Positions 21,871 to 22,786 of a stretch of DNA of 22,786 bases are shown piece by piece. Every line of letters starts with the position of its first letter. Position 1 is the first letter of the stretch. Below the pieces are notes generated by a model. It worked only from the letters and a program-made list of their open reading frames with translations, was not told where the DNA came from and searched no databases. This DNA comes from Octopus sinensis (lineage: Eukaryota), in the NCBI RefSeq assembly GCF_006345805.1, contig NW_021836781.1, positions 1-22,786 of the forward strand. The letters are read 5' to 3'. The position numbers and the translations under genes were made by a program.

Positions 21871-22148
21871 TTGCCTTTGCACAGCTTCTAGCGCTGGAGA
21901 TGTACTATGGTGTCAGCTGTTCACTACCAGTGAACTAAAGTGACACCCCTTATTTTTCGAGCACCTTCCGGAGTATTCGAACGGTTCCAAGCAGTGCTGT
22001 TTTCTGCAAGTGCTCCACCCTTATTGCAGCCCCTCTTTGTTCCACTTACCTCTCGAGATTTTTGGTCACTGTTCCCAGGGCTCCGACAATTATTGGTACT
22101 ACTGCTACCTTTTTCATCGACCACAACTGCTTAACTTCACAAGCTAAC
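21871..22148 (-). mobile_element. 3' end of an RLE-type non-LTR retrotransposon (R4/Dong-like)
   Basis: The minus frame reads LACEVKQLWSMKKVAVVPIIVGALGTVTKNLER*VEQ..VEHLQKTALLGTVRILRKVLEK* (stop at 21950-52). This is the typical C-terminus after the restriction-like endonuclease. An ~80 nt 3' UTR follows, then (TAA)n. Confidence 0.85.
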
Positions 22149-22170
22149 ATCATTATTATTATTATTATTA

Positions 22171-22204
<34 letters not shown>

Positions 22205-22214
22205 TTATTATTAA

Positions 22215-22458
22215 GGCGACAAGCTGGCAGTATCGTTAGCACGCCAGACGAAATGCTTAGCTATATTTCGTTTGTCGGTACGTGCCGTTACGTTGTGAGT
22301 TCAAATTCCGCCGAGATCGACTTTGCCTTTCATCCTTTCGGTGTCGATAAATTAAGTATCAGTTACGCACTGGGGTCGATGTAATCGACTTAATACCTAT
22401 GTCTGTCCTTGTTTGTCCCTTCTGTGTTTAGCCCCTTGTGGGTAATAAAGAAATAGGT
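22215..22458 (+). mobile_element. Family B SINE (full length)
   Basis: Reverse complement of 8549-8779 (GGCGACAAGCTGGCAG..GAGTTCAAATTCCGCCGAG..AGCCCCTTGTGGGTAATAAAGAAATAGGTA). Confidence 0.88.
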
Positions 22459-22786
22459 ACGTTCTTAGTTCAAGTTCGGCTGAGGTCGACTTTGACTGTC
22501 ATCCTTTTGGAGGCGATAAATTAAGTACCAGTTGAGTACTGAGGGTCGATGTAATCGACTTAACCCTGAGTTCAAATTCCACCGAAATCGATGTTACCGT
22601 TCATTCTTTCGTGGTGTCAAGTACTGGGTTGGGGGGAGTCGATGTAATCGATTCGCCTTCCGGTTAAAAAACCGTTGCCCCCCCCCCCCCGCGCCAAAGT
22701 TTGAAACAAGAAAGTGTGCGGGCAGAACCGTTTGCACGCCGGAGAAGGTGCCTGACAGCATTTTGTCCGTCTTTACATTCGAGTTC
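22459..22786 (+). mobile_element. Cluster of partial, diverged family B SINE segments
   Basis: Two more (G/T)AGTTCAA..TCGA..GTCGATGTAATCGA units at ~22460-22562 and ~22566-22655, plus a degenerate head from ~22710 to the window end. Confidence 0.7.

Overview
Eukaryotic, repeat-saturated non-coding DNA with no recognisable host protein-coding gene. The SINE families and extreme microsatellite load resemble an octopus-type cephalopod genome; this is inferred from recall, not from a search. Almost all listed ORFs are translations of simple repeats. Supported elements: a decayed DD34D mariner (641-1713); at least 12 full or partial tRNA-headed SINE copies from three families, including one nested insertion with a TSD and two inverted pairs; a degenerate Penelope-like (PLE) reverse transcriptase fragment that the ORF track misses (~6600-7330); a non-autonomous Helitron nested in a TTAA/piggyBac-type MITE (9307-9814); a ~146 bp fold-back MITE (12105-12250); a 5'-truncated L1/Tx1-type LINE inside (ATCT)n; and an R4/Dong-type RLE LINE end inside (TAA)n. 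The most interesting signals are two hammerhead-ribozyme-like motifs in short elements embedded in (TA)n. One (17530-17580) has a complete catalytic core and sits in a large palindrome. The other (12425-12462) is a minimal dimer-type motif with a variant core. Together with the PLE RT they suggest PLE-derived, ribozyme-bearing non-autonomous elements, within a broader pattern of retroelements each found in a different microsatellite type.
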